64,000 nt of DNA from Eremomyces bilateralis CBS 781.70 (lineage: Eukaryota): the NCBI GenBank assembly GCA_010015585.1, contig ML975155.1. The stretch is one strand, 5' to 3'. Made by a program: the position numbers and the translations under genes. The notes under the pieces were generated by a model, which did not search any database, was not told the DNA's origin, and saw only the letters and a program-made list of their open reading frames with translations. Shown piece by piece: positions 39,071 to 53,222 of this stretch. Each line of letters starts with the position of its first letter. Position 1 is the first letter of the stretch.

Positions 39071-40552
39071 ATGCGAAAAGTACCGGCCGCGGTGATGGAC
39101 CGTTGGCCTGCGCCCAACTTCGTTAATCCGGAGTCGCAGGCCAACAAGATGCTGATTTCCATCTATATCTGCATAATAATCATCATCTTCGTGCTCTTGC
39201 TTCGGCTGTACTCTAGAATATACGTCGCAAAGTGGGTCTCCGCTTGGTGTGATGGAGCGAATCGACTGGGCTAACTGGCATTTGCATCAGATTCTTTGGA
39301 ATGGACGACTGGATGATTGTGCCCGCTGCTGTAAGCCTTCTTCAAATCCACATGAACCTAGATCACACAGAACTAACTGTAGTATAGATCACGGCCATCG
39401 GGTACGGGATCAACGCAATTGTCGCCATCGACCACGGCTGGTGTAAGAAGTTTTTAGTCTTTAGCTTAGAGCACGACTGACAAACTCCAGACAAACACAT
39501 ATGGGACCTCCGACCACATGAACTAATGATGGCTCGAAAACTCGTCATCGCATCCAACCTGACCGGATTGTACACAGCCGGTTGTACAAAACTTTCTGTC
39601 CTTCTCCTATACCACCGAATCGCGCCGGCATATTCTCGATTTCAATATCTAGTCTGGTTCTTTACTGGACTCGCCATCCTTTGGATCATCAGCTTTACCG
39701 CCGCGAACTTCCTGCTGTGTATCCCGCTTCATGCGTATTGGGATCTCAATTACGATGGTCCGCAGTCGTGCTTTGTGGAGGTGCCCTACTTTGTCGCCTT
39801 CGCAGGAATCGATCTCTTCCTAGATACCGCCATATTCATCCTGCCTCTACCGCTGGTCATCCCACTTCGTTTACCGAAGCGTCAGAAGATGATCCTTGGA
39901 GCTGTGTTTGGGATTGGGATTTTGTGAGTACAGCAAAATCCATCGATCACTACCAAAACTGACGTGCTTCAGCGCGGTCGTTGCAGCAGCCCTTCGGTTA
40001 CCAAGCCTTGTTCGGGTAACGGAATCATTTGATCTAACCTGTAAGCACCCCATCGCCTCCCTTCGTCCCTTAAAACACTTCAAACCCTTCGAGTATTAAC
40101 CAGCCTCAGGGGAAATCTACGATGCTGCCCTCTGGACCCTTGTCGAAGCCACCGTGGGCATCTTCTGCGCCTCCGTCCCCGCCCTGAAGCCCCTCGTCCA
40201 GAAATACACCCCCGCCATCCTCGGCACCATGGGCAACGGGAATCTCACGGGGAGCGGCCACATCAATAGCGGGATGTACCCGAACAGCCAACCGGCGTTC
40301 AGCCGCGCCGACTCGCGGGCATACAGCGAGCAGGCGTGGAGCCGCACGCGGTCGCGAACCCTCAGCGAGCCGACCTACAGTCGCGAGCTGTCGCGGACAC
40401 AGAGCGGCAACGTTGTTTTCAGCGACATCGAGCGGGGGAAGGGGTCTGGGGAGTTGGAGAGCGTGATCCTGACGCGGATCGAGCTGGCGGGGCGGGTGCG
40501 GGAAAGCACCGACAGTTCGCAGCGATTGGTGTCGCCGCGGCGTATGGTTTGA
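39071..40552 (+). CDS. PTH11-like (rhodopsin-domain, SAT4 family) integral membrane protein without a CFEM domain
   Basis: WPAPNFVNPE, LLRLYSRIYV, FGMDDWMI, GCTKLSVLLLYHRI, CIPLHAYWD, DTAIFILPLPLVIPLRLPKRQK, LWTLVEATVGIFCASVPALKPL. About five short GT..AG introns; exact boundaries approximate. Confidence 0.9.
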
Positions 40553-41049
40553 TGGGATTCAATGGGAATGATTATGGCTTATGGTTCGATGGATTGGGAT
40601 GGATCGTTGTTGAGCATTCGGCGTTTTGCATATGATATGATTCCTGGGGTATGTGGATCTCTTGGTTGATGGCATATAGGTATTTATGCCGACTTGATTT
40701 ACCTCATATTATGGCCAATGTGTATTTAGGTAGAACTATCAATTGTATGATGAAGAATATTACCATATTAACAGTGAAACCAGTCGCCCCTTTCTTGATG
40801 CATCCTCATGAACGTGAATAAATATAGCGACGGACCCATTGACCTGCGTTAGAGACATTCTGCTGCTCATCCCGCCGCTCATCCTGTCGGTCACCGCAGT
40901 GCTCGTTGCGTAGATCATCGTGCTTGATAATTCGAGTTGGTGCTTTCTGCCTAGTGATTCACGATCTTTCGAATACATTCTGTGTTTCTTCTGCTTCTAT
41001 TTTCTGCACGCATCACAATATCATGTTGGGTCTCGGGATCCCGGAGTCT

Positions 41050-41700
41050 ATCCATGATTAGATTGGCTTATACCCGCCACCCCCGGCGCAGAATCGCCTA
41101 CATAGCTTCCCATACCAGAGTCTGCACAATGTTTAAGTCCATAGGTCGATTTCACTGCCCGAAGCACTTTGTTCGGGGCCTCAGAGTATCTTTTCGGTGC
41201 TTCAAAGTAGGTCTCTTCGTCGATGTCTTCATGTAGGCAGGCGGTTTTGATGTCCTCCTGTCGACACTTGTAGCCAAGGAGTGCCACAAGTGCGAGAGAG
41301 GCCAGATATAACGGTGACTTGACCACCGATGCGAATGCTTCCTGGAAGTCCACTCCATAGGCATTTTCAAACCCATGTACAACTCAACTAGCTTTGTATC
41401 TGGTGGTCCCTCAATCTTCGTGCCATGGCATGCGTCGACGGACTTGACGGGCTCTTATATATAGCGCTTCCAACCATGCGCGAAGCCCGTCCGACTGCTG
41501 AACCACCCGAGTTCACATCCTCGTCCACCGTCTCCAAGGCCCTCTGACTGCCTCAAGGGGGACAGCTTCTCCCAGCGCCAGCCTCAGGATTCGGAGTATC
41601 TCGGGTAGCACCTGGTTCCCTAGTCGAGTATTTGAGCCCTGGTATATATAGGACCTGCATCATGCCGTAGAAGAAGATGGCCTAGAAGTGGCCCCGAACC
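41050..41700 (-). mobile_element. Ty1/copia retrotransposon reverse-transcriptase remnant (degenerate)
   Basis: DFQEAFASVVKSPLYLASLALVALLGYKCRQEDIKTACLHEDIDEETYFEAP...KVLRAVKSTYGLK matches the copia RT motifs ETFAPV / QMDVKTAFLHG.IDEEIY / L.KSLYGLKQ. Truncated and frameshifted; boundaries approximate. Confidence 0.85.
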
Positions 41701-44531
41701 TGGTCCCTCTCACTGCGGGACCCCAACCGGACCATGTAGGAGGCATAGGTCGAGGTCCTTGTGGTAGTTCAGCAGGGCTTCTTTCGTTTCTCGTTCCGCA
41801 TTCAATTTCTCCACACCGCCCTGGAGCTTCCTCATCCGCTCGTCCTGCTCCTCATTACCGGCGCGGAGTTCACGAGGAAACTGGCGGAAGGCTCGGAGTC
41901 GTAAGAAGGTTATCTGTTCGTAAATCGAGAGTATGAATTCCTCGATGTTGACCCCATTCCAGCTTGTGTCGCGTCTCGGTTAGGGATGAACCTCCTGGGT
42001 CGACAGGTCGAAGCGGGGAGAAGCGGTCGGGGCTTTGGACGACCTCGCAAGTCTAAAGGCCTGGAGCCGGTTGGAAACTTTCATGCTCCTCCAAGAGATT
42101 CACCGACGCCGCTTTTTCTGCGTCGAGGTTTGTTATATAAGCGATTTGAATGGTTCTATATCGACTATTTCGTTGCTACCTGAACTGCCGAAACTTTATG
42201 AGCTGCTGAAGGTCTAGGGCACTTACTTCGTGGACATATGTTGATTTCTCTGCATGGGATCGGGAAATGGTATATAACCTGTGCATTGCCGCTCGAGCGG
42301 TAGCCTTTGTAGTAGCCAGTGACGAGGGCGGGAACGAGGGCGAGGATGAGGACGAGGACCAGGACGAGGACAATGGGTGCCATTCCTTGGTCGCTCTGCA
42401 TGCGCTGAGTATATACATCATCCATGCAGCCATGTTGGCTTTCGTTCTAAACGGGGCCACCAGCGAAGAGGATGGTTCTGAATTGAGCTCGCATCGGGCT
42501 TGGTTGGACCATGGGTTCCGATCCTCGTCAGTTCATCCCAGTGGGTCGCGAAGTTGGTCGATGCCGGCAACGGCTTGGCCCTGCATGAGCCATGTGGTGA
42601 CAAGGTGGGCGAACATGTACGTGGACCGTGGTCGTTGCAGGGCTTCTGCGGAGTCTATGAGTCGGCTGAGTTTGTGGTATATAGATATGACTTCGGCATT
42701 ACGACGTTGGATCGATACCAGCTCCGCGAGCTGGCGGACTCACTCAAGAACATGAACGAGATCGAGATGGGCTTCGATCCTTGTTTCGCCAATCTACAAC
42801 CAACGTTGGGTGTGCCATATCAAGGCTTCGTGGGCAACTGGATTGCGTCGGTTCGATCGGCCAGCGGCAAGGCGATCGAAGAATCTTGTCACAAAATATA
42901 TACTGATCGAACAAGTCCAGGACTATATTGATGGTGTAGAAATTCATATATAAGATCGGTTCGATAAGATATTTCTGAGGGCTGGCAAAGGAGATTTAGG
43001 GTTAGAATGAAGAGCAGGCTGAAGAAGATTGAAAGAATTTCTCATAAATTTGATGGGCTGAATAAGTCATATAAACGACATATTGTTTGACCGGATCCAA
43101 ACGGTTGAATGAATTGGTTTATAATTCCGGAGGGTGCGAGAAGGATAGGGAAGGATAGAGAAGTAGGAGGACGATCTCTCTCTTTGAAAATCAGGACGGA
43201 AACCTAACAAACGAGGAACACGAATCACAGTGGACAATACAGATACCCTCGCAGAGAAAACGCTGGACGCAAACGAGGGCGGATGAAAGGATACAACTGT
43301 ACGGAGTATTAGGAGGTGTATGTAGCCGTCAGAAGATATGAAACTCGCCTAGTTCCTTCGTTGTAGTGATGGGAGGTCTCCCAAACAATAACAAAGACGG
43401 GACGAAATAGGTGATAGATAGCTATCGCCGTAGGGAGGTATCCTTGACACACAGGTCTCCAGCCTACCAAAAAAGAAAGAAAAAAGCGAGGAAAGAAGCA
43501 CAGGGCATGGAAATTCTTTCAACATAGGCACGGCAAAGAAGTCCAGAGCAGATACCGCTAAGGTACAATAGCAATCGTGAGTTTTCAAAGCCCTGGACCC
43601 CATGGTCCCGGTCCACCCGGGTATCAAATGCATCCAGCATCAATGATCCATCATGGTTGGGGACATCTAGTAAACGGGATAGTATTCTAGGCTTGTACTC
43701 AAAGTTTTTTGGCGCTCTAAAGGTGACTAAACGCCGGAGTTTGATGGGCAGGGGAAGCGAGTCCACCCATCTTAACAGAAGCTTTGCATCGAGTTGATGA
43801 TACAAAACCAGAAGTCAATTTGACATCTTTAGGCAGATCAGAGGAAGCCATCAATTCGTTCCAATGACTGTTCATAAGGCAGATGGATGCCATGCCCATG
43901 CTCTTGCTGCTGACTGCTTGTCTGGCACATCGAAAAACGGTCTTGTTCATGGTACTTTATGCAGTGTAGCTTGCATCGTGAGCCAATAAATGGCTGACAA
44001 AGGATTTCCTCAGCGGATAAATGCTATTATCTAATCCACTTGCAGATCAGATGATACCTGTCGTCCAGCTGAGTGCTAGGAATTGCTTTACAGTGGGGGT
44101 GGAGCTTGTTGATTTATGATTGTTGAGTGACAGGCTGACAGCGGAGCAAAAAAATGCAAAGGGGTGAGATGATCGGAACTGCCCCGCGGATGTGTTGATC
44201 GCCCAAACATTTCATCATCGCTTTCTCCGGAGGTTCACTTCATCATTTCTGGTTCCCATAAGTCAACGACTCTTGACGGAATTATCTGAAGAGATCAATT
44301 GCAAAAACATCAGGTTGTAAGTTCCAACATTCAATTGTCTTTCTTACACTAGTTAGCCTTCAACACTTTCTGTTTGTCGTGTTGATAGTGCCCCGCCTAC
44401 ACCGCCTACCATTGTGCTGACTCTCTGAATTTCTCCGCTCGAATCCATTCATAAAGGATCAGTTCTGATACATTGTCTAATACATTCTAGAGTCAATACT
44501 TCTCCCATTGAGTCATCCATCAGCCGCAATC

Positions 44532-46379
<1,848 letters not shown>

Positions 46380-46977
46380 AGGCTGGAAGGCGAGAGCCCG
46401 CATCGATGGAGGGACTGGAGAAGGGAGGGCGATTCGGTGAATGGGATGGGAAGAAACAAATAGTGCATAAAATGACTTTATGAGTTAGTAGTAACAAGGG
46501 GCAACTCTCGATAATAGATCCGTATCAGCCTCCTAAAGTCGTAGATTGACCGCACTGTAGGTTACGGGATTCCGCCAAACGATGCTCCTCAAATGGCTGC
46601 CATCTAAAATTCTTCCTGGCCTCTTTGCCACATCACTACTCTTGCTCTTGCTCTTGCTCATAATTACATCTGAAGCCATTCATAAATGCTATGGAGTACG
46701 GTACCTATTGGTGAGCTTTGGAGGGAAATACCTAATGGTAACGTCAGGACGTGAGGTAATTAGTCGTTGGAATAGAGCTCTAACCGAATCGGGTTAGAAC
46801 GAGTATGGATAAGGTACTTCGACAACAGGGAAACGGATCTGATATCGTCAACAACCCACCCTTTAACCACAAAATCCAAAATGGTTGGAAGATAATAGCT
46901 CTGCGCGAGCACTGCGCTCGTGTGACTTTTGATAGACATTGTAATTAATACTTGCCAGCTCCCACCGGTCCTCCCAT

Positions 46978-48141
46978 ATGGACTCCCGACGTGTCTCGCC
47001 ATGGACGAGTGCCATACTAATCCTGCTGGTTTGGTCGACTGTTTGCTCCGCCGTCGCAAGCGGAGATGGGCCTGTGAAATCAGTCGCGAAGGGATGGTCA
47101 TATAATGATGCTATACCGCTGAGTTGCTTGAACCGGAAAATGTGAGTAACGAGTGAGAGCGCGTGGAACCTATGAATACCAAACCAACGAAGCTAACCTC
47201 TGCTATAGAGAGAGTGGGGAACATGTATGCTGCACGAGACAGATATTGCGACGATATAGGAGCAATTGCTTATGAATGAGCGCTAGATCACGGACGAGAA
47301 TGGCCAACTGCAATATATCCCCTTCCATATCTGCAAGGAGACCGGTCGACCCCTCGAACTCCTCTATGGAGTTGATACCAGTATGTCTCCAGCCCCTCCC
47401 CTACACATCCTACTTTGCTTCAGTGACCGCTGACCCCTCCTCCCAGCAATCAACTGTACCCTCGACTTCATCTCCGACTCCCTCTTCCACCTCCTCGAAT
47501 TCTACGTCCACAACGACGCTCCTCTAACCTGCCGTCTCCCCACCCGGCCGCTTCCCTCCCTCTCTCCACCCTCCTCCACCGACAAAGGCGTCCCCGACTC
47601 CGGCCCCCACGACCTGCCCCCACCCCCCGACTCTGCCTCCCGCCCCAACACTGGCATCGGCGCCGACGACCCTCTCTACACACCCCTCCTCGTTGCCCTC
47701 ACCGGCACCCTCCAACTCTCCCACCTGCATGTCTCCAACCACCTCAACCTCATCGTGCACACCGCCCACGGTGCCCTCTCCCCCTCCACCTCTCCCCCTC
47801 CCAACACCAACACCCCGCAACGACGAAAGGGTGCGAAAGACGGCCTCATCACCGCCGCGACCGCGTACTCCAGCCCCCCATTCCCGCACACCGATTCCAG
47901 CAACGCGAAGCTCGTGATCGGCGACGAGCTCACGCTGCGGTTTACGGTACGGTGGTATGGCGGAGCGCTGCCGGTGGACGGGGCGTCCGGGACGAGGGTT
48001 TCATGGGCGGGCTGTTTGTATTATTTGGCGGTAGGGGCCGGGTTTGGGGGAGGGGTGGTGTTTGCGTGGTTGAGGAGGGGGAAGAGGGCGGGACCGATTT
48101 TGGCGATGTATGGGGGTGGGGGGAGTGGGAAGCGGGATTAG
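46978..48141 (+). CDS. Uncharacterised fungal type I membrane protein (signal peptide plus C-terminal TM helix)
   Basis: Not shown whole in the ORF track. Spliced product MDSRRVSPWTSAILILLVWSTVCSAVA...DAIPLSCLNRKI / ESGEH / ITDENGQLQYIPFHICKETGRPLELLYGVDT / TINCTLDFISDSLFHLLEFYVHNDAPLTCRLP...TM...GKRD*. Introns about 47142-47208, 47225-47286 and 47381-47446 keep the frame. Confidence 0.8.
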
Positions 48142-48544
48142 GGGGGGGGATTGGATTGGGATTGTGGATATACCCTAATGTTGGAAGTGAGGATGGGCTG
48201 TGTTTTGGGAATTTGGTGTGGTGATGAGCTAAGCTGGTGGAAGTTGATATAGCGGTTGAGATTGTTGTTGTACATTTGTCTAGATCTGGTCCATAAAGCC
48301 AAGGCTAGGACTATTTACGAAAAGCCTTCTATGATATAAATGCCAACGCTATGAACATCCCTTGTTTTTATACATGTCCCTCCAAGAAGCCATGGTACAG
48401 GAATTACACATAATGCTCAGACAAACACCATGGTCACGGAATCTTCCAAGACCTACAATCCCCATCTGATCCCACGCCTGTCCAGCTCCATCAACGAGTG
48501 AACTTCCACTGACGCGTTTATCGATGCCTCAAGTCAACCACCCC

Positions 48545-49315
48545 TCACCACCCCTTCGTCCTCAACTCCTGCACCCTCTTCACCATCAACTCAAACTCCT
48601 TTGAAAACCTCCTTCTCCAACTCTCCCTCGCCACCCGCTTCCGCTTCAACCCCGGCCGCTCATGGAACTTCTGCCGATGCATATCCGTCTTCACTTTATT
48701 CCGCCGCAGCGTCATGTCCAAGTTCCGGATTGCGTACGCCACGTCCCCCTTCAACCCCACGTTCTCCCGCTGCACCTTGATCGAGCGGCCCACCGTCGGG
48801 TTCGTCCGCACGGTGCGTTCCTCCACCTCGGTCGCGGAGTGGGGGAAGGGCGCCGAGGCGGACGCGGGCACAGCACGGCGGAGGGCGGCGAAGTCGGCGG
48901 TGAGGTCGTGTGGGTCCCGTTGGGATTTGCGGAGGCGCGAGCGCATGCCTTCGGCGATGGAGACATGGGGGGTGTCCGAGCGGCGGGGTTGGGTCCATGA
49001 GGGCGAGGAGGTGACGGGGCCGGAGGAACGGGAGAAGGTGAAGTCGGAGAGGACGTCTCGGGAGTTGCGGGGGTTAGGGGTAGAGGTGGATGAGTCGTTG
49101 GAGTGCTTAGGTTCGTCGGAGTTGCCTTGGGCGGCGGATTGGGCTTGGCATAGTCGGGTTTGGGAGAGGAAGCGCCGCTGAGCGGGGTTTAGGAGGGGAT
49201 TAGGTGAGGATGGGATGATTGTGCGCGATGGCGGGTTTCGAAGGATGTGTGATATGCGATTGGCAGCTTGTCGCTGGATCTGAACGAGGCATCGTGCCCC
49301 TCGGTGCGATGGCAT
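48545..49315 (-). CDS. MRP21: Mitochondrial ribosomal protein bS21m
   Basis: Arg-rich presequence. C-terminal S21 domain GRSIKV...AIRNLDMTLRRNKVKTDMHRQKFHERPGLKRKRVARESWRRRF. Confidence 0.9.
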   Translation of the reverse strand: MPSHRGARCLVQIQRQAANRISHILRNPPSRTIIPSSPNPLLNPAQRRFLSQTRLCQAQSAAQGNSDEPKHSNDSSTSTPNPRNSRDVLSDFTFSRSSGPVTSSPSWTQPRRSDTPHVSIAEGMRSRLRKSQRDPHDLTADFAALRRAVPASASAPFPHSATEVEERTVRTNPTVGRSIKVQRENVGLKGDVAYAIRNLDMTLRRNKVKTDMHRQKFHERPGLKRKRVARESWRRRFSKEFELMVKRVQELRTKGW

Positions 49316-49726
49316 TGTGACGAGATAGTAGGACCCAAAGCTCTATCATCGACTTCTCATGTTTAAGAGGGGGATCTAGATGGTAGAAATGATATATGTG
49401 GAGGATGATTGGATTGCGGATTGGGTAGTATGGTGGACTGATAGAGTTAATGTTGAAATCAAAGATTCGTAGTGGAAAAAGTGCCTAATAAAGCACGAGC
49501 CAAATATTCCTTCAGTTCATCCCGCAGCTCAAGTATCAGGAACACATCAACTTCTGCTTTCAACTTTCGCTCACTCCTTTAATCTGCCGTCTTTTCCTCC
49601 TTCTTGAACACGGTGCTGGAGAACCCCTAAAATATTTTAACATCTCTGGCATTCATTCCATTCGGCCAACCCGAAGCGACACGCAGAGTTCCACCTACCA
49701 TACGTCCCCGGGCATACAGCGTCTCG

Positions 49727-52204
49727 ATGTACAACTATCAAGGTATTGCATATCCCTCTTCCGTTTGCGCTAAAGCCTAACTAACAATCCAATAGCGCCC
49801 GGCCAATATGGTGGTCCTCCTGGATATGGCGGATTTCCCGGCCAATCCAACTCTCCCCCCGGAGTGGGCGCGCCAGGCATGGGTACGTCCTCCTCACTTT
49901 CACGACCATACTCCACTAACATCACGAAGGTCCCCCGGGGTCTTCAGCTCCACCAGGTGTAGGCGCACCTCCAGGCGTTGGATCACTCCAGAACCCTCTT
50001 CCGAACCGACCAACCGGCCTGCCAGCCAACTTCCAACCCCCCGCGAACATGCCCAACATCAACTTCTCCGCACCCGTCATCCGACTCGGGACCACAGGCC
50101 CCGGCAAGGCCGGACCAGGGGAAGGTCGACGAGACGACAGTGGCCCACGAGGGAGTCGCTCTGGGCTAGGGATGGGTGACTTCCGCGGGGACGGACAACG
50201 CCAGCAGATGCGGGACGCGATGGCCGCGTTGGTGCCGCCGACGCGCGAGGAGATTGCGCGCACGATCTTCGTGGGCAACATCACAGCCGGAGTGGGCGGC
50301 AACGACGGCATGGAGCGGATCCTACGAAGCGCGGGACATCTGCGACGGTGGACGCGGGCGACGGATGCAGATGGGAAGGAGATGGATTTTGGGTTCGCGG
50401 AGTTTGAGGATGCGGAGAGCCTGGAGACGGCGGCGGACGTGCTGCAGGACGTGATGGTGCCGGTGAAGAAGGCGGAAGCGGGAAAGTCTTCCGATGAAGA
50501 GATGGAGAAGTCAAAGTTGCTGGTAAGTTGATCATGGGTTACAGTGAGTACTTAGGCTGATCCTCTAGGTCATTGTCGACGACGCGTCGAAGAAGTACGC
50601 GGAGGAATGGAGAATCAAACGAACCGAAGACCCTTCACAGCACGCTTTCAGAGTTGACACGGCGCGAGATGCATTGACTGGGGTCCTAGCGAGCCTTTTC
50701 AACCCGATGCCCGACGTCTCCAGGGATGCGGATGGCGATAGCTCGATGCGCGACGAGAAGCAAGAAGCCGATCCCGTCACTGGGGAGATCATCACCATCC
50801 CAATCACCGTCGAAGACGAGCTCTCCGACATCCCCGCTGAGATGCGGGAGATTGTCGCCGGAGAAATCGCTGCGTTCCGGGAACGAAGCAACCGCCGCGA
50901 CCAGGAGCGACTGCGACGCGAAGAAGAACTCGAAAATGTCGAAAAGCAGCGTAACATCACATCCCGACTCAGCCGTCTCGCATCTCCGCCTCATACCGCA
51001 CCGACCGGACCCGGCGGCGCCAATCACATCCCCACCGGCCCAGCGGGCGCCCCTAGCGGCCCCAAAGCGCTCGCCCCCACCAACGGCGTCTCCTTCGTCA
51101 ACGGCGCCTCTAATGGCCTCTCTACCTGGCTCGGCAAAGAAGACACCGACAGCGACGCGTCCGACTCCGAACTCGAACGTCGCCGCGCCGACAAAAAACG
51201 CGCCGACCTCGACAAGCTCGCGCACGACTACTCCCGCCGCTGGGAAAACCGCGAGCGCTCCCGCGCTGCCGCCGTCGAGCGCGAGCAAGCCCGCGACGAG
51301 GACGACGAACGCGCCCGCGCCAAGGAGAAGGCGTCCCTAGCCCAGCGGCTCCGCGACTGGAACGACGACGCCGAGGCCGCCCGCAAGACGGACGACTACT
51401 ACCTCGACCGCAGTCTCTGGCTGCGCAAGCGCGCGGCGATCCGCGGGCGCGAGGCGCTGAACGACGAGCGCGACCGCGTGGCGGAGGGGCTGGAGCAGGC
51501 AAAGGACCACGAGCGGCGGGAGCAGGCGCGGGACATGGCGGACTCGTTCCTCAGTACGCAGGCGCGGGAGTTCGGGGCGCCGGCGGCGGGGACGGTGGCG
51601 AGGGAACCGGCAAGGTTTAAGATGTCGTTGGGGGCGGCGGCGCAGAAGGCGCAGGCGGCGGCGGCGCCGAGGCGGACGGTGGCGGAGGTAGAGGGGCTGT
51701 TGGAGGATGAGGAGGAGGGGCAGGCGACAGGGCGGCGGACGTTGGTGCCGATTCAGTATGACGCGGCGGAGGCGGGCGGGGCGGGGTTGAGTGAGGAGGA
51801 GCGGGCGCAGGCGGTCAAGGCGCTGGCGGGGGAGATTCCGACGGATCGGGAAGGGTTGTGGGGTTGGAAAGTGCGGTGGGAGTTTGTGGACGACGCGGTG
51901 GTGAGCGAGCAGTTGAAGCCATTCGTGGAGAAGAAGATCGTGGAGTATCTGGGTGTGCAGGAGCAGATGCTGGTGGATGTGGTGGAGGAACATATCCGCA
52001 AGCGGGGGGCGCCGGGGGAATTGGTGGGGGAGTTGGAAGGGGTAAGTCTACATTTCTTTCTCCTTTTTGTGGTTATAGTTCTGTGCTTGACTTGATGCTG
52101 ATATGTTATAGGCATTGGACGAGGAGGCGGAGAATTTGGTGAAGAAGCTCTGGCGTATGATCATCTTCTTCTCCGAGAGCGAGAAGCGTGGGTTGTCGAC
52201 TTGA
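49727..52204 (+). CDS. SNU71: U1 snRNP-associated RRM + PWI protein (Snu71/RBM25/Usp107 family)
   Basis: RRM RTIFVGNI...DFGFAEFED, an R/E-rich coiled coil, and PWI LKPFVEKKIVEYLGVQEQMLV...LDEEAENLVKKLWRMIIF. Introns 49743-49795, 49883-49929, 50523-50568 and 52042-52111. Confidence 0.92.
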
Positions 52205-53222
52205 TCGGTTTTAACTCCACGTACTCGAGACGAGATTCCATGATGGACAAATTCTACTAATTGTCGAGGTGTCGCTTATTTTCTTGCTGAACGGCATACG
52301 TAACCTAAGTTCTGCTCATGAGTTTGTACGAAGTTCTGCTCGAACCACGGTGCCATATCAGTGTCCGGTCGTGGCTTCAACTGGGTTGAAGGACACTGAA
52401 CTTATTCTGTACGATTACCGGCATACCCGCCGGAACCAGAACACTACATAGTTGAAATTCCGAAAAGTCCAGAGATCAAAGGGTTACAAAGGATCCAATA
52501 GTTGTCCGCATCTCCTGACATCACCAAGTCCACGCGGGATTCTCTCGTTCTCTGCCATTGATCGACACCGACTACGGTAGCGCCCTCGGCATCAGTCCTT
52601 CAACCTTCTCGAATATATATGGATCCTTAGGGACCGGGAGTTTGAAACACCGTTCCAGAAGGCCCGTGGAAGGAAATTGAATTCATTTCACCTGATGAAG
52701 TGATGAAGCACCTGGGTATCCTCGGCATGAGAAACCGCGGCAGCGCGGCAGCATTGGCCGAGACAACAAATCCCTGGAGCATCAGATGCCACTGACGTGA
52801 CGTCGATTATTTATTTTATGCCGCCGGATGTAACGTGTCTTGTCCTCCTTGCGAATTGTAGAATCCTCCTTCTTTCTCTCGTTTGTATACTATTTTCATC
52901 TGTTTTTTGGATATCGTTGGAGGCGTGACATCTGACCGTCTGGAACTTCCATCACTCCACCAAACTGCACGCCGACGCATACTACGGGAACTAACGACGC
53001 GGGGAAGCTCAACCTACGTCTCAATAATTGTGTAAGACGAGTAACGAACGGCTATTCCTCCTTAGCCTGGTCAGTGAGACAGAAAAGAAAGTTGAAGTGC
53101 AGACGCTTGCAGCTGGAAAGTTAGTCAGAGCCAGTCACAGCTCTCCCAATTCCCGTGAATCATTCACCGTTGGCATTTTATTGGTATCGATTTAATCGCA
53201 TCACTCCCGACTTTTCATCGCC

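Noticed and set aside
28500..44000. Starship or RiPP (dikaritin) gene cluster
   Set aside because: No DUF3435 tyrosine recombinase, DUF3328 oxidase, tyrosinase or other tailoring gene recognised.
46582..46797. Hydrophobic ORF considered as exon 1 of the 47-48 kb gene, interrupted by an insertion
   Set aside because: An in-frame ATG with a signal peptide exists at 46978; the Leu run comes from a (CTCTTG)3 microsatellite.
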